From Trichoplax adhaerens (taxonomy: Eukaryota; Animalia; Placozoa), in the NCBI RefSeq assembly GCF_000150275.1, contig NW_002060945.1:7693684-7757683 (forward strand): DNA of 64,000 nucleotides. The letters run 5' to 3'. Position numbers and translations under genes: made by a program. The notes beneath the pieces are model-generated. The model was not told where the DNA came from. It ran no database searches and worked only from the letters and a program-made list of their open reading frames with translations. Of the stretch, positions 41,615 through 53,650 are shown piece by piece. Position 1 is the first letter of the stretch, and each line of letters starts with the position of its first letter.

Positions 41615-42619
41615 TCACTCGGATAGATTGGTATGTCTAATTCGAATACAGGGACACCTACAAATTAAATTTTTCTTGGTGAGATAAATAAGCGGATTGT
41701 GTAAAGGGGCAAGAAACACAAGCACGTGTAATAAAGTCTCTAAAATCATATTGCGTTCGCGATCATCAATTGTTAGGATTGATGCATTAAACTTAAAGTA
41801 GAGAGTGTTAGCAAATTTAATTGCCACTGGTAAAGCTGTTGTGAAAAATAAGGCTGAAACACAGATTAACATCTTAATAGCTCGTTCTTTATCGCTTCGT
41901 CTTGAACTAACGTGGACAAAACGTTGTTTCATTATTATACCAATTTGGCGTAACTTTCTTATCGCTTTGAAGTGGCAATAGCTAATAACAGCACCCGGCA
42001 GTAATAAAATAATTAAAAAGTAGTAGCAAATAGCCAGTAATTCTATATGATATCGATTATTTACTTTCCAAGAATGTATACAATTAATTTTAAAATTTGG
42101 ATCTACTGTCACATCCATTATAGTAACTGTTGGAAAACAGGCTAATAATATCCATATGCTAGCCAATTGAATAAATACTCTCCTACGTTTCAAAGTAGAT
42201 CTAATTGGATAAACAATTAGTCTGTATCTATCTCTTGAGATCAAAGCTAACGTTAAAACATGTAATGAAGAGAATAAATACAGTGAGAATATTGCTACTC
42301 TACATGTTGGAGTCATAATTGCTTTAGGCCAGTTTAATGAATAAATCGCATATACGATGATACAGTACGTAGAATATGCTAAGCAAATGAATAAATCGCA
42401 AACTGTGAGGTGTAAGAAGAGGATATCTGAAAAAGATTTTATCTTATCAATTTTGACCATTATAACCAGAATTATAAGATTTAAGATAAATCCTATCACG
42501 AAAATAAGTAAGATTGTTAGCCCAATATACCAATAACGATCAACAATAGACATATTTCCTGACGTTGTTGCGTTCGATATTAACGAATGATTATTAGTAA
42601 GGCTTTGTAATACTTCCAT
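41615..42619 (-). CDS. Orphan class A GPCR, copy 5, intronless
   Basis: 334 aa; DRY, TM4 W, HNPLIY. Confidence 0.93.
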   Translation of the reverse strand: MEVLQSLTNNHSLISNATTSGNMSIVDRYWYIGLTILLIFVIGFILNLIILVIMVKIDKIKSFSDILFLHLTVCDLFICLAYSTYCIIVYAIYSLNWPKAIMTPTCRVAIFSLYLFSSLHVLTLALISRDRYRLIVYPIRSTLKRRRVFIQLASIWILLACFPTVTIMDVTVDPNFKINCIHSWKVNNRYHIELLAICYYFLIILLLPGAVISYCHFKAIRKLRQIGIIMKQRFVHVSSRRSDKERAIKMLICVSALFFTTALPVAIKFANTLYFKFNASILTIDDRERNMILETLLHVLVFLAPLHNPLIYLTKKNLICRCPCIRIRHTNLSE

Positions 42620-43889
42620 AATCGAGTGTAGTAGATATATAACTTATCCACAAGATAAAAGTCTTCAATAAGTGTTTTATTAGATGAAATTAACAGTGAA
42701 GTACAGAATACAGTTTGGCAAATTTGCCTGTTGGGTCGTTGTTGTGAAAATAAATTTCGTCACTTAAAGATATCAGATATACATGTGTTTGATCGTTGCT
42801 GAAATAGGCCGCTATGATATCTGGCAATCTATTAATGTGTAACACAACAGTGCAATAGCAATTATTTCAGTCTTCAATCATCTTTTTATCAAGTAAGAAT
42901 ATCTCCGACAATCAATTTGTTAGCGCTACTAAACTACACAGACATAACAATTACTAGCATTAGTTCTATCACGTAATAATAAAATTCTGTAATATTACGT
43001 CTGCCGCTATTCATATTATTTTCCGTCATGTAGGAAATCTTTATAATTGCTTGATAAAAACATTGACAAGGTCAAATAACAAATTGTAATTGCAATTATC
43101 GATTCTTTACGGTATAGAGGTACTTACTGAGGGCAACAGTGTCAATCTATACCAGTATACAAATATTTTTTTAATTTCATTCTTGATAAGACATGGCCTA
43201 TCATTATCTTAATCTCAAATAAAAATATTTCTGTTACACAAAATTCTGCCTAATGAATTAATTATTAATAGCATATACATCTATATTCAATTTATCACAG
43301 ATGTGTACTTAGGTAGTGACATTATTCCTTGAGACTTGGATATCGATGGATAGCAACAGACGCCTACACTTAGTTATAGAACAAGTAAATAACTTACAGT
43401 AACTAATAATTCATTTATTGTTTTATTCCACTGCATCACAAAATAATTAAGAATGGTAAAGCAGCTGAATTTAATAAAAGCTGATGCTTTTCTTTCGATG
43501 TCATCTAATTTTACCGTTGTAATTTAAATCACTAAATCATCCAAATATAATTAATCCAAAGCCTACTGAGATACCGTAGTATCTACTGTACTAGTCCATG
43601 GCTGTAAATCACTCGTTTTCGTAATAAATTTGTATCAAGATATTTAAAATTTTCATCTACGTTAAAAGACGTGAAAACATTGTCATGAAGGCTAATTTTA
43701 GAATTCTCTTTCAATATTTTATTTCCAACAAGTATTGCAGCCTTGAATTAAAAACAACTAATTTAGATTGATTACTGTAGAATTTACTTAGTATGTTAGT
43801 AGATTGTTAACCTGACTACTTTATTTGTGTTAGAATTTAATATCGAGTAATATAACATTGTTAAGAATTATACATTATAACTTTCTATT

Positions 43890-44126
43890 GATTTCGCTGC
43901 AGATTTTCCAAAATATTACATCGTATAAAATTGAAAAACTAAAACAAATCTGGATATGAATGCTTTTGATTAATTTGAATCAGCGCCGCCGCAATCAAGA
44001 AGAAATAGAATAATGAATTCGTGCAGAATTGAAATTGTAAGCAACTGATATATTTTCATCAATAGAAAAAGTATCTTTGAATCTCATAAGGCACACCGAG
44101 GTAGAGGAAAAAAGTTTGATACCTTG
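43890..44126 (-). pseudogene. Relic of integrin beta exon 2, intron and exon 3 (PSI domain)
   Basis: ttag|FFNFIRCNILENLQRN versus ttag|[16 protein letters not shown] at 11746. gcacaccgaggtagag versus gcacattgaggtagag at 11911. Relic intron 144 nt versus 148 nt. Confidence 0.7.
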
Positions 44127-45843
44127 TAATAAGCGTAAGTAATTTGCTACTTAGATACTCGCTCGTTATACTTCGCGTACTATATTGAACTAACTTTACT
44201 TATACCATATACTTTATATTATTGCTAACTCACTGCATAGTAAAGTCTATTCTTTAATTTTCTATATTATAAACGTAGGAATCGTAATCAGCTCACTATA
44301 TCAATTTCAAGTGCTAGCTTAGTTCTCTTCAAATTCATGCTTGAAACTTTCGAGATGGAAGTAAATGCATCTTATCTTAGGATGGTGGCCATCTGTTAGT
44401 ATCAGCTTGTAATACCATTTCCATACCTCTGGAAAAAGCTAAGCTTTAATTATGTCTATATTAACTGTGGGTAAATAATTTGTTTTTTCTCTAATCAAAA
44501 ACATTTTCGATATATGTTAAAGAGAAATGCAGTAATAGTACTTAACAGCACTCTATGGCCATTCCAACTGTTTTAATTCGAAAAAAATTCACTAGAACCT
44601 CGTAATATTTTTATGAATTATACGCTGGTAATACAATTTAAGTTAATATCAAGATAATCTATATAGGGATATCCTTGATAGCTGTACTCATTCGACTAAC
44701 AATATGGCTAGGTACCTTATTTGTTTCATTAAAATTCTATTCAATCCTACTTACATCGTTTCAGATACCGTAATAATATATGGTAATTATAGCTGACTAT
44801 TAAATCACTTATTTTAAGTAACGATGTTATGGCTCATGTTCTGTCAACAAAGCGATAGATTGTAAGATAGAATAAAGCTGAACCCGTGTTCAAATAATAG
44901 AGTATAAAAAATTACTATAATAATCATTATTACATAAAAGAAATAAAAAGCAAATAAAGAAGACCTTCGGATCATAAATTTTTATATATTTTTGTCGTGT
45001 TCAGCTCACGACAAGGAAATCTGGGTCTTTGAGTCTGTAAATACTAAGACCACAACAGCCAAATGTGCCCCCAACAGGCTAAGAGTAGATTAGACTTAGG
45101 CTTTTAAATCAGTTTATGAAACCAAGGTAGTCTTGACATCCAAGACTACTCTAACTGCACACGTATACTACACGTCAATAGTCAACTAACTAGCTAATAT
45201 CGTAATATTGAATATGACTTATGTAGTTCTTTTAAGTGATTTTGACTTAATTGTTTGTGAAAGATTGTAATGCATCGCTTTTTTCCTGGAAACTGAATTT
45301 GAATAGGAATTCAAAGATGTCAGCTTAAGTAATCTTAAGTCAATTGTATTATTATTTCCATTCAATAAAGTAATTGCACATGAGGGGAAGTTTGACGACA
45401 TGTCTACTTACATATTACGCGTATATTATTTATTCTTTACATTGTAATGATTGTCAAAATTATACAACTGGATAAGGTTAAACGGAGTTAAAATAAGTAA
45501 ATGGTTCTCTTGAAGAATGACAAGATGGTTCAGCCAATAAGCTGAAAGAAAATTAAATAAACTTAAATACAATTACCTAATAAAATTTACAATATATTTA
45601 TACAGTATGCCCGAGTATTGCCATATCTTATTCTTAAGCCATCATTTGTAAAAATATTTTTGAAGAAGATCCTCTAGAGATTAACTTCAGCTCTAATTAC
45701 AACTTTATTATTGGCATTAGTAACATTTACAATTGCAAAAGCAATGATATTAACATTCCATAACGCAATACGGAAATTCTAACTGCTACTCTATAGCAAT
45801 TATAATACGACTTCATAATCAGTAATATATTGATAAAACACAA

Positions 45844-46333
45844 TGTGATGGAGGGTTCGATATCTCAGAGGATTGAGATTTAGTCGCCATTTACAATTAT
45901 TACAACAAAGGGTTTATAAAAGTTATGCTTTATTGTAGGTTAGCAATGTGAAGTACAGTGAGGTAGTTACGGTAGATCAGAGTGAAAGCTGTTGTGAGTA
46001 ACGAGTAGAAGTATTAGACTGTGAGAGACTAACTAGAAGACTAACTGAGAGGCTAATGAACTCTGAGGTAGAAATCGCCGGTATTTATAGTTTTAAAGAT
46101 AGAGCACATGCAGAGAATAGGATTGTGGAATTAGATACAACATATACCATAACAGGTTTACAAAATAGTAGATGATTGTAGAAAACAGCGAGTACCGTAA
46201 TAATAACTAAATACAGTAGGCTATATATGAATGTAGAGTAAGCGGACTGTACATCTGTCTAAATATAAGAGCAATACAACATGTCTATATTTAAGAGTAG
46301 AATATAGTTACAGTATATTCTAAATACACTACA
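45844..46333. mobile_element. Solo LTR-like element, 490 bp
   Basis: TGTGATG...CACTACA, TSD CACAA (45839-45843 and 46334-46338). Confidence 0.75.
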
Positions 46334-47434
46334 CACAATATTAAAAGAGCTCAGTTATTAGAAACCTTTCTAAAGGTAAAAGAATAAGACTATTCCGAAA
46401 AAATTTATATTAGAGCTATAGCTTTACTGTATAAATAAATTGTTAGCACGAGTTGATACTAACTGGTTAACGGTATACATTAGAGAATTAACTAATGTAT
46501 TCAATTGACCATGATAGATCATACTCTAAATATGCATAGTTACCTTAACTCTACGATACTAGTGTTACGCTAAAAAGACGAAAATTCACTAATTAAGTAT
46601 ATATTTATTACAATACCATAACATCAAGGTACAGTAATAAAAAATGACGAATAATTTGTATTCAAGCTTAATAGTCGTTTGTTAAGGTTCGAAGTAGCAA
46701 GTGAGCTTCAGATAACCTGGGCAAATTTCACAAAGTAATCCATGTGATTCACTAGTGCGCTCTGCTTACTACAGATTTCCACTGTATCTATCTTATTGAT
46801 TAAGTCAATAGTCAGATTACACAGTAAAGTGTAAAGAAAATCAGGTAAAGATGAGGATAAATCCAAGCTATTCCAAGACTGAAATCATAGAAGAGGAAAA
46901 TCAAATAGAAAAAATTCACTTGAATTGATTTATACGCGCAAGTCTAATTCTAATATAGCAACATTTACGAATTATATTTTTCTTCGTTAGATAAATAATT
47001 GGATTATGTAAAGGAACCAAATATACAAGCAGGCTTGTAAGAATATTTATAATGGCAGATGTTCGTTATCATAACTTTTTAGGATTGTTGCATTAATTTC
47101 TGCATAAATACTGTTCACGAAGACAATTACTGTCGGTAGACCTGTCGTAAAAAAATAAAATTGAAATACATATTAACATCTTGATAGCTCGTTGTTTATC
47201 TTCCCCTCCTGAACGAACGTGACCAAAACGTTCCCTCACTCTTATGCTAACTTGATATAGCTTTCTAATAGCTCTCAAGTGGCAATAAATAATAATACTT
47301 CCTAACTGTAAACAATTCACAAAAATGACATAATATTAAGTTGTCCTACATAAGGTCGACTATTTACTTCCCCAAAATAGATACAAAGTGGATCTGCTAT
47401 TACATCTGATAGAAAAATTGTTAATAACACCATG

Positions 47435-47915
47435 TGTAATGCCCGAGTAATAGACGTTTACTATTACTATAGGTTCGCGACCTTTAACTCTTAATCTGAG
47501 TTATTTAATTTGAGTAAATCCTTATGATATGCAATAAGCCGCCACAACCGAGAGAGTAGTTTAAAAACTACGTTTATTATTCCGTCTGTCCATGAGACTG
47601 AATTCAATTTTCTTCTCTCATATAATCGGTCGAAAACGGCTAAGATAAACCGGATAAACGGACTTAGATTATTTTTACAAGCAATCATTTCCATGCAAAA
47701 TCATATTGCAAAAGCTTACATCCTATAGTAAACGTATCAATCTAATACTGTTAAAAAATAGAAATCGACCCTGGCTAAGATGAAACGGATAACTTTAAAC
47801 TCGTGGCTAATAGTTTATCAATATTTTATCAATATCTATATTAGGACGATACGTTACAGACATATATATAGCTATCATCGAAATAGCATAGATTAACATC
47901 ATTGAAATCACTACA
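47435..47915. mobile_element. Solo LTR-like element inside the GPCR copy 6 coding sequence, 481 bp
   Basis: TGTAATG...CACTACA, TSD CCATG (47430-47434 and 47916-47920). Confidence 0.8.
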
Positions 47916-48017
47916 CCATGATAACATCCATATGCTAACCAATCGGATAACTACTGTCCTACTTTTCAAACTAGACCTAGTTGGACGAACAATTAGTCTG
48001 TATCTATCCATCGACAT

Positions 48018-48346
48018 CAACACTAACGTTAAAAGATGCAATGAAGTTAATGTAGAGAACAAGAAGCTTACTACTTTACATGTGCGAGCCAGAACTGCAG
48101 CAAGCTAATTTATCGAATAAGTTGCGTAGATCATGATACAGTACCCACAAGTTCCGATGCTAATAAATACATCGCAAATTAGCAACACTAGCGTTAAAAG
48201 ATGCAATGAAGTTAATGTAGAGAACAAGAAGCTTACTACTTTACATGTACGAGTCAGAACTGCAGCAAGCTAATTTATCGAATAAGTTGCGTAGATCATG
48301 ATACAGTACCCACAAGTTCCGATGCTAATAAATACATCGCAAATTA
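48018..48346. repeat. 165-bp direct tandem duplication within GPCR pseudogene 6
   Basis: 48018-48182 is repeated at 48183-48346 with about 3 mismatches. Confidence 0.92.
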
Positions 48347-50232
48347 TCATGGTCAGGAAAAGGATATCTGAAGAAAATTTTATCTTATCGATTTTGGTCA
48401 TCATAACAACAATTATAAGATTCAAGATAAATCCTAACATGAATAGAAGTATAACGATTACCAACAGCATACCAATAACGATTAAATAAAGTGGTAATCC
48501 ATGATGTTGCTGTCGTATTCGACATGAGCGAGTGATTATTGGTGAGGCTATGTAATATTTCCATGATCGCCTGCAGTAGTTATATAACTTATCCACAAGA
48601 AAAGTGTTCGATAATTATTTTATTAGATGACCTAAAACTGAAGTATAGGATGTAATTTTGAATTCCTACCATTTGCTTCTTTTTCGCGATAATACTGACG
48701 AGGTATTGGTATTTCATCTGTTAAATACAATCTCTACACTTACAGATATCGAATATGTTTGGTTTTGCTTAAATATGACGTTGTGATATCTTAGAATATA
48801 TTGAAGTAAATACAAAACTGTTAAAAGTATAAAGGAAATTATTCCAACCCTCACACTTCTGCTCATTAGCTAAGAATATCTCCGTTAATTAATTTTTTTG
48901 GCGCTATTGAACTATACAGGCATGAAAATTGCTGACAATCCTTGATCCTATAATAATAAATTTCTTTAATATCATGTTTCCCCTATCTATACTATTTCTT
49001 TCGTGAAGAAATACTTTATAATTGTTTCATAAAAAGGCTGATAAGATCAGATGATAAATTACGATTGTTAATTCTTTACGGTATCGAGGTGCTTACTAAA
49101 GATAATAATGTCAGTCTATATTAAGGTATTTCTTACATTTATTCTTAACGTGACCTTACATATCATTATCCGAATTTCGAATAAAATAGTTTCCGTTACA
49201 CAAAATTCTGTCTAATGAAGTAATTGATTAATATCATATCCGTGCATATCCAATTTATGATAGACATATGCATACTCAGTAGCATTATTCTTTAATATTT
49301 AAATATTTATGAACAGCAATAGGCCCTCACTTAGACTTTTAATAAGTAAATAGCTTAACTAACAATTTATTTATTATTTTGTTTCATAAAGAAATATGGA
49401 AGATGTACAAGTAGCTGAACATTCGTACTGTACAATAAAAAATTAATTGTTTCTTTCAATATCATAATCTAAGTAGTCTACGATTGTGAGTTACTTGCAC
49501 TTGTAATAAATCTATGCTAAGAGATTGAAAATTACTTATCTAAGTTAAATATTGAGACGCTATTTTAATATTAATAAAGGCTAATTTTTAGAATTCTTCT
49601 TCGTTATTTTGTATGTTAATAAGTACTGTTGCTTCAAAATAACCTTTATTGGGGTTAGATATTAATAATATCAAGTACCGTAATTTGTTAAGAATTATAC
49701 ATTTTAAGATTACAATTTAATTGATATATTTAGTCAGTATAGAATTTATTTCTATAGCCGTATACGGTTTATTGTAGGAAAATATAATTTATATTTACTT
49801 TACGCTTATTATTATTGATTTAAAACGTCTTCATTCTTGATGAATTACTAGCTTAATTTACAATACTTTGGACTGATAAGTTGATAATCTGATACTGTAC
49901 ATATAACTGCTCTTCGAAAGGTGTCGTAAAATATATGCTATAAAACATTGAATAATGTTTATAAAGTTAGAAGTTGCATTAATCATATTTAGTATTTGCG
50001 TTAAAATTAAGATACCAGAAGACAAAAATCGAAGTAGATCAATTCAATTCCCGCCGACTTCATGCCTATCATGTTCAATCAATTCTACCCATTTTATTAG
50101 CTGCTACGCCCTTCCCATCATTGGCAATTCCAATTAAGCATCATACCTTTGAAGCTTTCATCAGTTATTATCGAAATTGTGTTGTAAGTCAATAAGAAAA
50201 ATAAGATATGGACCAATTAGTACTTGTATTAC

Positions 50233-50783
50233 TGTCACAATTTCACTTCTGCGACAAGGTAACGTACAGTAAAAGTCTATAAGTAGCTACTGACTTAAAC
50301 GCCCTTTTACTTGACGTTAAACACACACAGCAAAAGACTGTAAAGGTGAAGCTTTTATTAGCAAAGATGCATCTACAACTTTTTACCACCCTCTCAACTC
50401 AAATGTTCCCGTTTATATAGGAACCGTCTAATTTGTAAACAACAACAGTATTATTATTATACCTTACTACGAGAATCATCTCGAACTAAGATGCTCCTTA
50501 CATAGCTTTTCTTTCAGTAAATATTTTGAATCTCTTACTCATACTTAATCTTAATCTAAGCCCGTAGGTTGTCTAATTCAACTATCATCAACTAGAACTT
50601 GAATCATCCTACTGCTATCTATCACACAATAACAATCAATATCAAATATGTAATGAATTATTACAAACAACATCCACGTTAAGGCATTACTTATCTTACC
50701 TAGCACTACAAATATGGATATTCTCCATATTAGCTACTACTGTACTTATTAAGCTATCCTAATGACAAGACGACACCGTAACA
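50233..50783. mobile_element. Solo LTR-like element, 551 bp
   Basis: TGTCACA...CGTAACA, TSD ATTAC (50228-50232 and 50784-50788); empty site near 29330. Confidence 0.75.
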
Positions 50784-50844
50784 ATTACATTAAGAGTTAT
50801 GAACCAAATCAAAGCAGGTAGTATTCATCGTGAAAATAAAACAA

Positions 50845-50936
50845 TCAATCATCACTTGTCTGATTAACTGTACCCTCGTTGGCTGCTTTCATAATCAAAC
50901 CATCATATTCTTCATCTGAATTTGCATCAATCTGAT
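50845..50936 (-). CDS. Probable terminal exon of the 51422-53650 TPR gene (acidic tail)
   Basis: Pyrimidine-rich tract and ttag acceptor at 50937-50938, phase 1, matching the A|GTTAGT donor at 51426; encodes QIDANSDEEYDGLIMKAANEGTVNQTSDD*. Confidence 0.55.
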
Positions 50937-51421
50937 CTAATAGTATAATGAAGGAATAAAGAAGACAAAAAATTGATGAAAAGCAAGTTGAAAACCTAGT
51001 TTCCTCATTAAAAATAAAAAATAGGCTAGTCATTCCTTACTAATTTGATCAGGTTCTACTCCATTGGTTAAGGAAACTAATAAGCTTTGGCAAACTTCAT
51101 CCGATAGTATCGCTATATCATCTATTCCATATTTTATAGTAAAAATAAAGATATAAAAACGTTTCGTGACTTAATAATTATTATCAGCATTAGACACTGT
51201 ATAATACTCATACTACAATATGCAACTCACAATAGACTATCTTTATCACTAGATACAAGGCAAAGTTATTTGTAGTCTATCCAATATTATCTTATTAAAT
51301 TAAAAATAAAGAAATGTTCAGTAACTCGATTATCAACATTGAACACCGCATAATACTCGCACTGTGCATGTAGTAATACATTATCTTTCATCACTTGAAA
51401 GAAAACAAAGTTACTCATCTA

Positions 51422-53650
51422 CTAACTTAACGATTTCGATTTCCTTTCCCTTTGATTGTCTATAGTTTCGTCATCACTTGAATCGTATTGCTGAATTATG
51501 GAAAGAAGATTTGAAGCTTGTCGACTCATCGCTACTGCGTCTGTAAATTGTCGCTGCTTATTATAGACTAAAGCAATCCTATCGTATATAGTAGCCTTAA
51601 ATATATCATTATTTACTTCTAATTGTTGTAAAATAGTCAAAGCACGTCGATACATTACTGTAGCATCGTCATACTGTTGAAGATCAAAGTACATCGTTCC
51701 AGCATTATAATAGACAGTAGCTACATCGTAATGATTATCTCCTAATAATTTCAATCGGATATTCAGGCAATTTTGATACATAGTTAAAGCATCTTCATAA
51801 TTGAGTTGATCAGAGTAGACATTAGCAATGTTGTTATAAGATTTAGCTACATCTAAATGGCAGCTTCCTAACATGTTTAATTGAATATCGAGGACGTTTT
51901 GATATGTGATTAACGCATCATCATATCGGCCTTGACAGTAATATATATTTGCAATGTTATGAGTGGACTGTGCTACTTTTAAATCTTGGCCATCTAATAG
52001 ATCTAATCGTATAAATAACGCCTTTCTATGCATCGATAGAGCTTCATCGTAGTCGGCTTGATTGGAATAAGCAAGTCCAAGATTATTATACAAAGTAGCG
52101 ATATCTGCATGATGACTTCCTAATATTTCTAATTTGATGTCTATAGCTTTTTGATACATGTCGATTGCACGCATAAATTCACCTTGATGAGCATACACCA
52201 GTCCGATATTACTATACGTACATGCAGTTTCTAAATTATTCTTTCCCAATAATTGCGATTTAATCTTTAATGATTTCTCGTACATTATTAATGCATCCCG
52301 ATCTTTCGATTGACCTGCATAAATATTTCCTATATTGTTATAGGAATAAGCTACCTGTAGATAATTTTCTCCTACAATATCCAATTGTATGTCTAAAGCT
52401 TTCTGATGCATGTCTAGAGCTTTATCATATTGACATTGTAACTCGTAGACAATTCCAATATCATTGTAAAGTATAGCAATATCAAGATGATGATTTCCTA
52501 CCGTTGCTAATTGGATATCGAGCGACTCTTGATATGCTATAAGAGCATCTTTATATCTTCCCAAATGATACTGGACTTCTCCAATCTTATAATAAGTTTG
52601 AGCTACAATAGAATTAATGATACCTAATTTTTCGAATTGAATATGAAATGCTTTCTCATATATATGTAAGGCTCTCTCATACTTGCATTGATCAAAGTAA
52701 ACATGGGCAATGTTGTAATATGTTTCTGCTACATCCAAGTGATTCCTTCCTAATATTTTTATTCTAGTGTTTAGCGCTTTTCGAAATAGTATTAATGCAT
52801 TTTCGTATTTATATTGATAATGATGGACTGTTGCAATATTATGATTCAGAGTTGCAATATCCGTATCGGGACTTTGAAGCTGTTGCGATGATAAGCAATT
52901 ACGAGATTTTTGTAACATCAATATGGCATCATTATAATTTCCTTCTTCGATATGAACGCTTCCAATCTTATTATATATTTTGGATATATCGAAATGATTT
53001 GGTTTTAACACTTGCAGTCTGATGTTAAGGCATTTATAGTAAACTATCTTAGCATCTGTATAGTTCGTTAATTGAAAATAGGTATCCCCAATATTGTAGT
53101 ACAAATGTGCTAATTTAATGAGATAATCTCCAGACAAATTAAGTCTTATATCTAACGATTTTTGAAACATGGCTAAAGCTTCTTCATACTTGTGCTGGAT
53201 AAAATAGATGGATCCTATGATTTGGTAAGATACGGCGACACAATCATTTGCTTCTCCTAATAGTTGCCTTTTTACAACTAATGATTGATGGACATCGTCT
53301 AAGCCCTCAAAGTGAAGCCCTTGAGCTGTCTTGATCTGACCTCGATGATCCAAACATCGTGCGAATCGTAGTTTATCTTGAACTTTTTCGGCTAGAACGA
53401 TTGCTTCTTGGATAAATTCTCTAGCTGGCATAAATTGATTTTGCTCTCGATGAGTAGTAGCAATATTAAGATAAAGGTCGCATTGTATCTGAAATCTTTC
53501 CGTATCATCCGGGATCACATTATCAGAGAGATCTAGTGCTTGCAAGAAATGGCATAAAGCTTTCTGATAGTGCTTTTCCTGTAAATCATATTCGCCAGCA
53601 CTTTGCTGAGATTGTAGTTGAAAAATTTCATTTTGTCGTTTGTTCATCAT
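51422..53650 (-). CDS. Tetratricopeptide-repeat protein (42-aa kinesin-light-chain/NPHP3-like repeats)
   Basis: 742-aa ORF of about 16 repeats with consensus HxDVAxxYNNIGxVYxxQxxYxxALxMYxKxLxIxLxxLG; no catalytic domain seen. Confidence 0.92.
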   Translation of the reverse strand: MMNKRQNEIFQLQSQQSAGEYDLQEKHYQKALCHFLQALDLSDNVIPDDTERFQIQCDLYLNIATTHREQNQFMPAREFIQEAIVLAEKVQDKLRFARCLDHRGQIKTAQGLHFEGLDDVHQSLVVKRQLLGEANDCVAVSYQIIGSIYFIQHKYEEALAMFQKSLDIRLNLSGDYLIKLAHLYYNIGDTYFQLTNYTDAKIVYYKCLNIRLQVLKPNHFDISKIYNKIGSVHIEEGNYNDAILMLQKSRNCLSSQQLQSPDTDIATLNHNIATVHHYQYKYENALILFRKALNTRIKILGRNHLDVAETYYNIAHVYFDQCKYERALHIYEKAFHIQFEKLGIINSIVAQTYYKIGEVQYHLGRYKDALIAYQESLDIQLATVGNHHLDIAILYNDIGIVYELQCQYDKALDMHQKALDIQLDIVGENYLQVAYSYNNIGNIYAGQSKDRDALIMYEKSLKIKSQLLGKNNLETACTYSNIGLVYAHQGEFMRAIDMYQKAIDIKLEILGSHHADIATLYNNLGLAYSNQADYDEALSMHRKALFIRLDLLDGQDLKVAQSTHNIANIYYCQGRYDDALITYQNVLDIQLNMLGSCHLDVAKSYNNIANVYSDQLNYEDALTMYQNCLNIRLKLLGDNHYDVATVYYNAGTMYFDLQQYDDATVMYRRALTILQQLEVNNDIFKATIYDRIALVYNKQRQFTDAVAMSRQASNLLSIIQQYDSSDDETIDNQRERKSKSLS

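Larger units (their letters stand above)
46916..48564 (-). pseudogene. GPCR pseudogene, copy 6 (closest to copy 2)
   Basis: ATG at 48564 (MEILHSLTNNHSL). Frameshift in TM1, TGG to TAG at 48270, 165-bp tandem duplication, LTR insertion in TM4, further frameshifts; ends HNPIIY..NQFK*. Confidence 0.9.

Noticed and set aside
20310-42619. GPCRs as opsins
   Set aside because: No lysine at TM7 position 7.43 in any intact copy.
44825-45207. Another solo LTR (TGTTATG...CGTAATA)
   Set aside because: Ends are suggestive but there is no matching TSD and it lies at a rearrangement junction.
52270-53022. Plus-strand ORFs within the TPR gene
   Set aside because: Antisense shadows of the TPR coding sequence.
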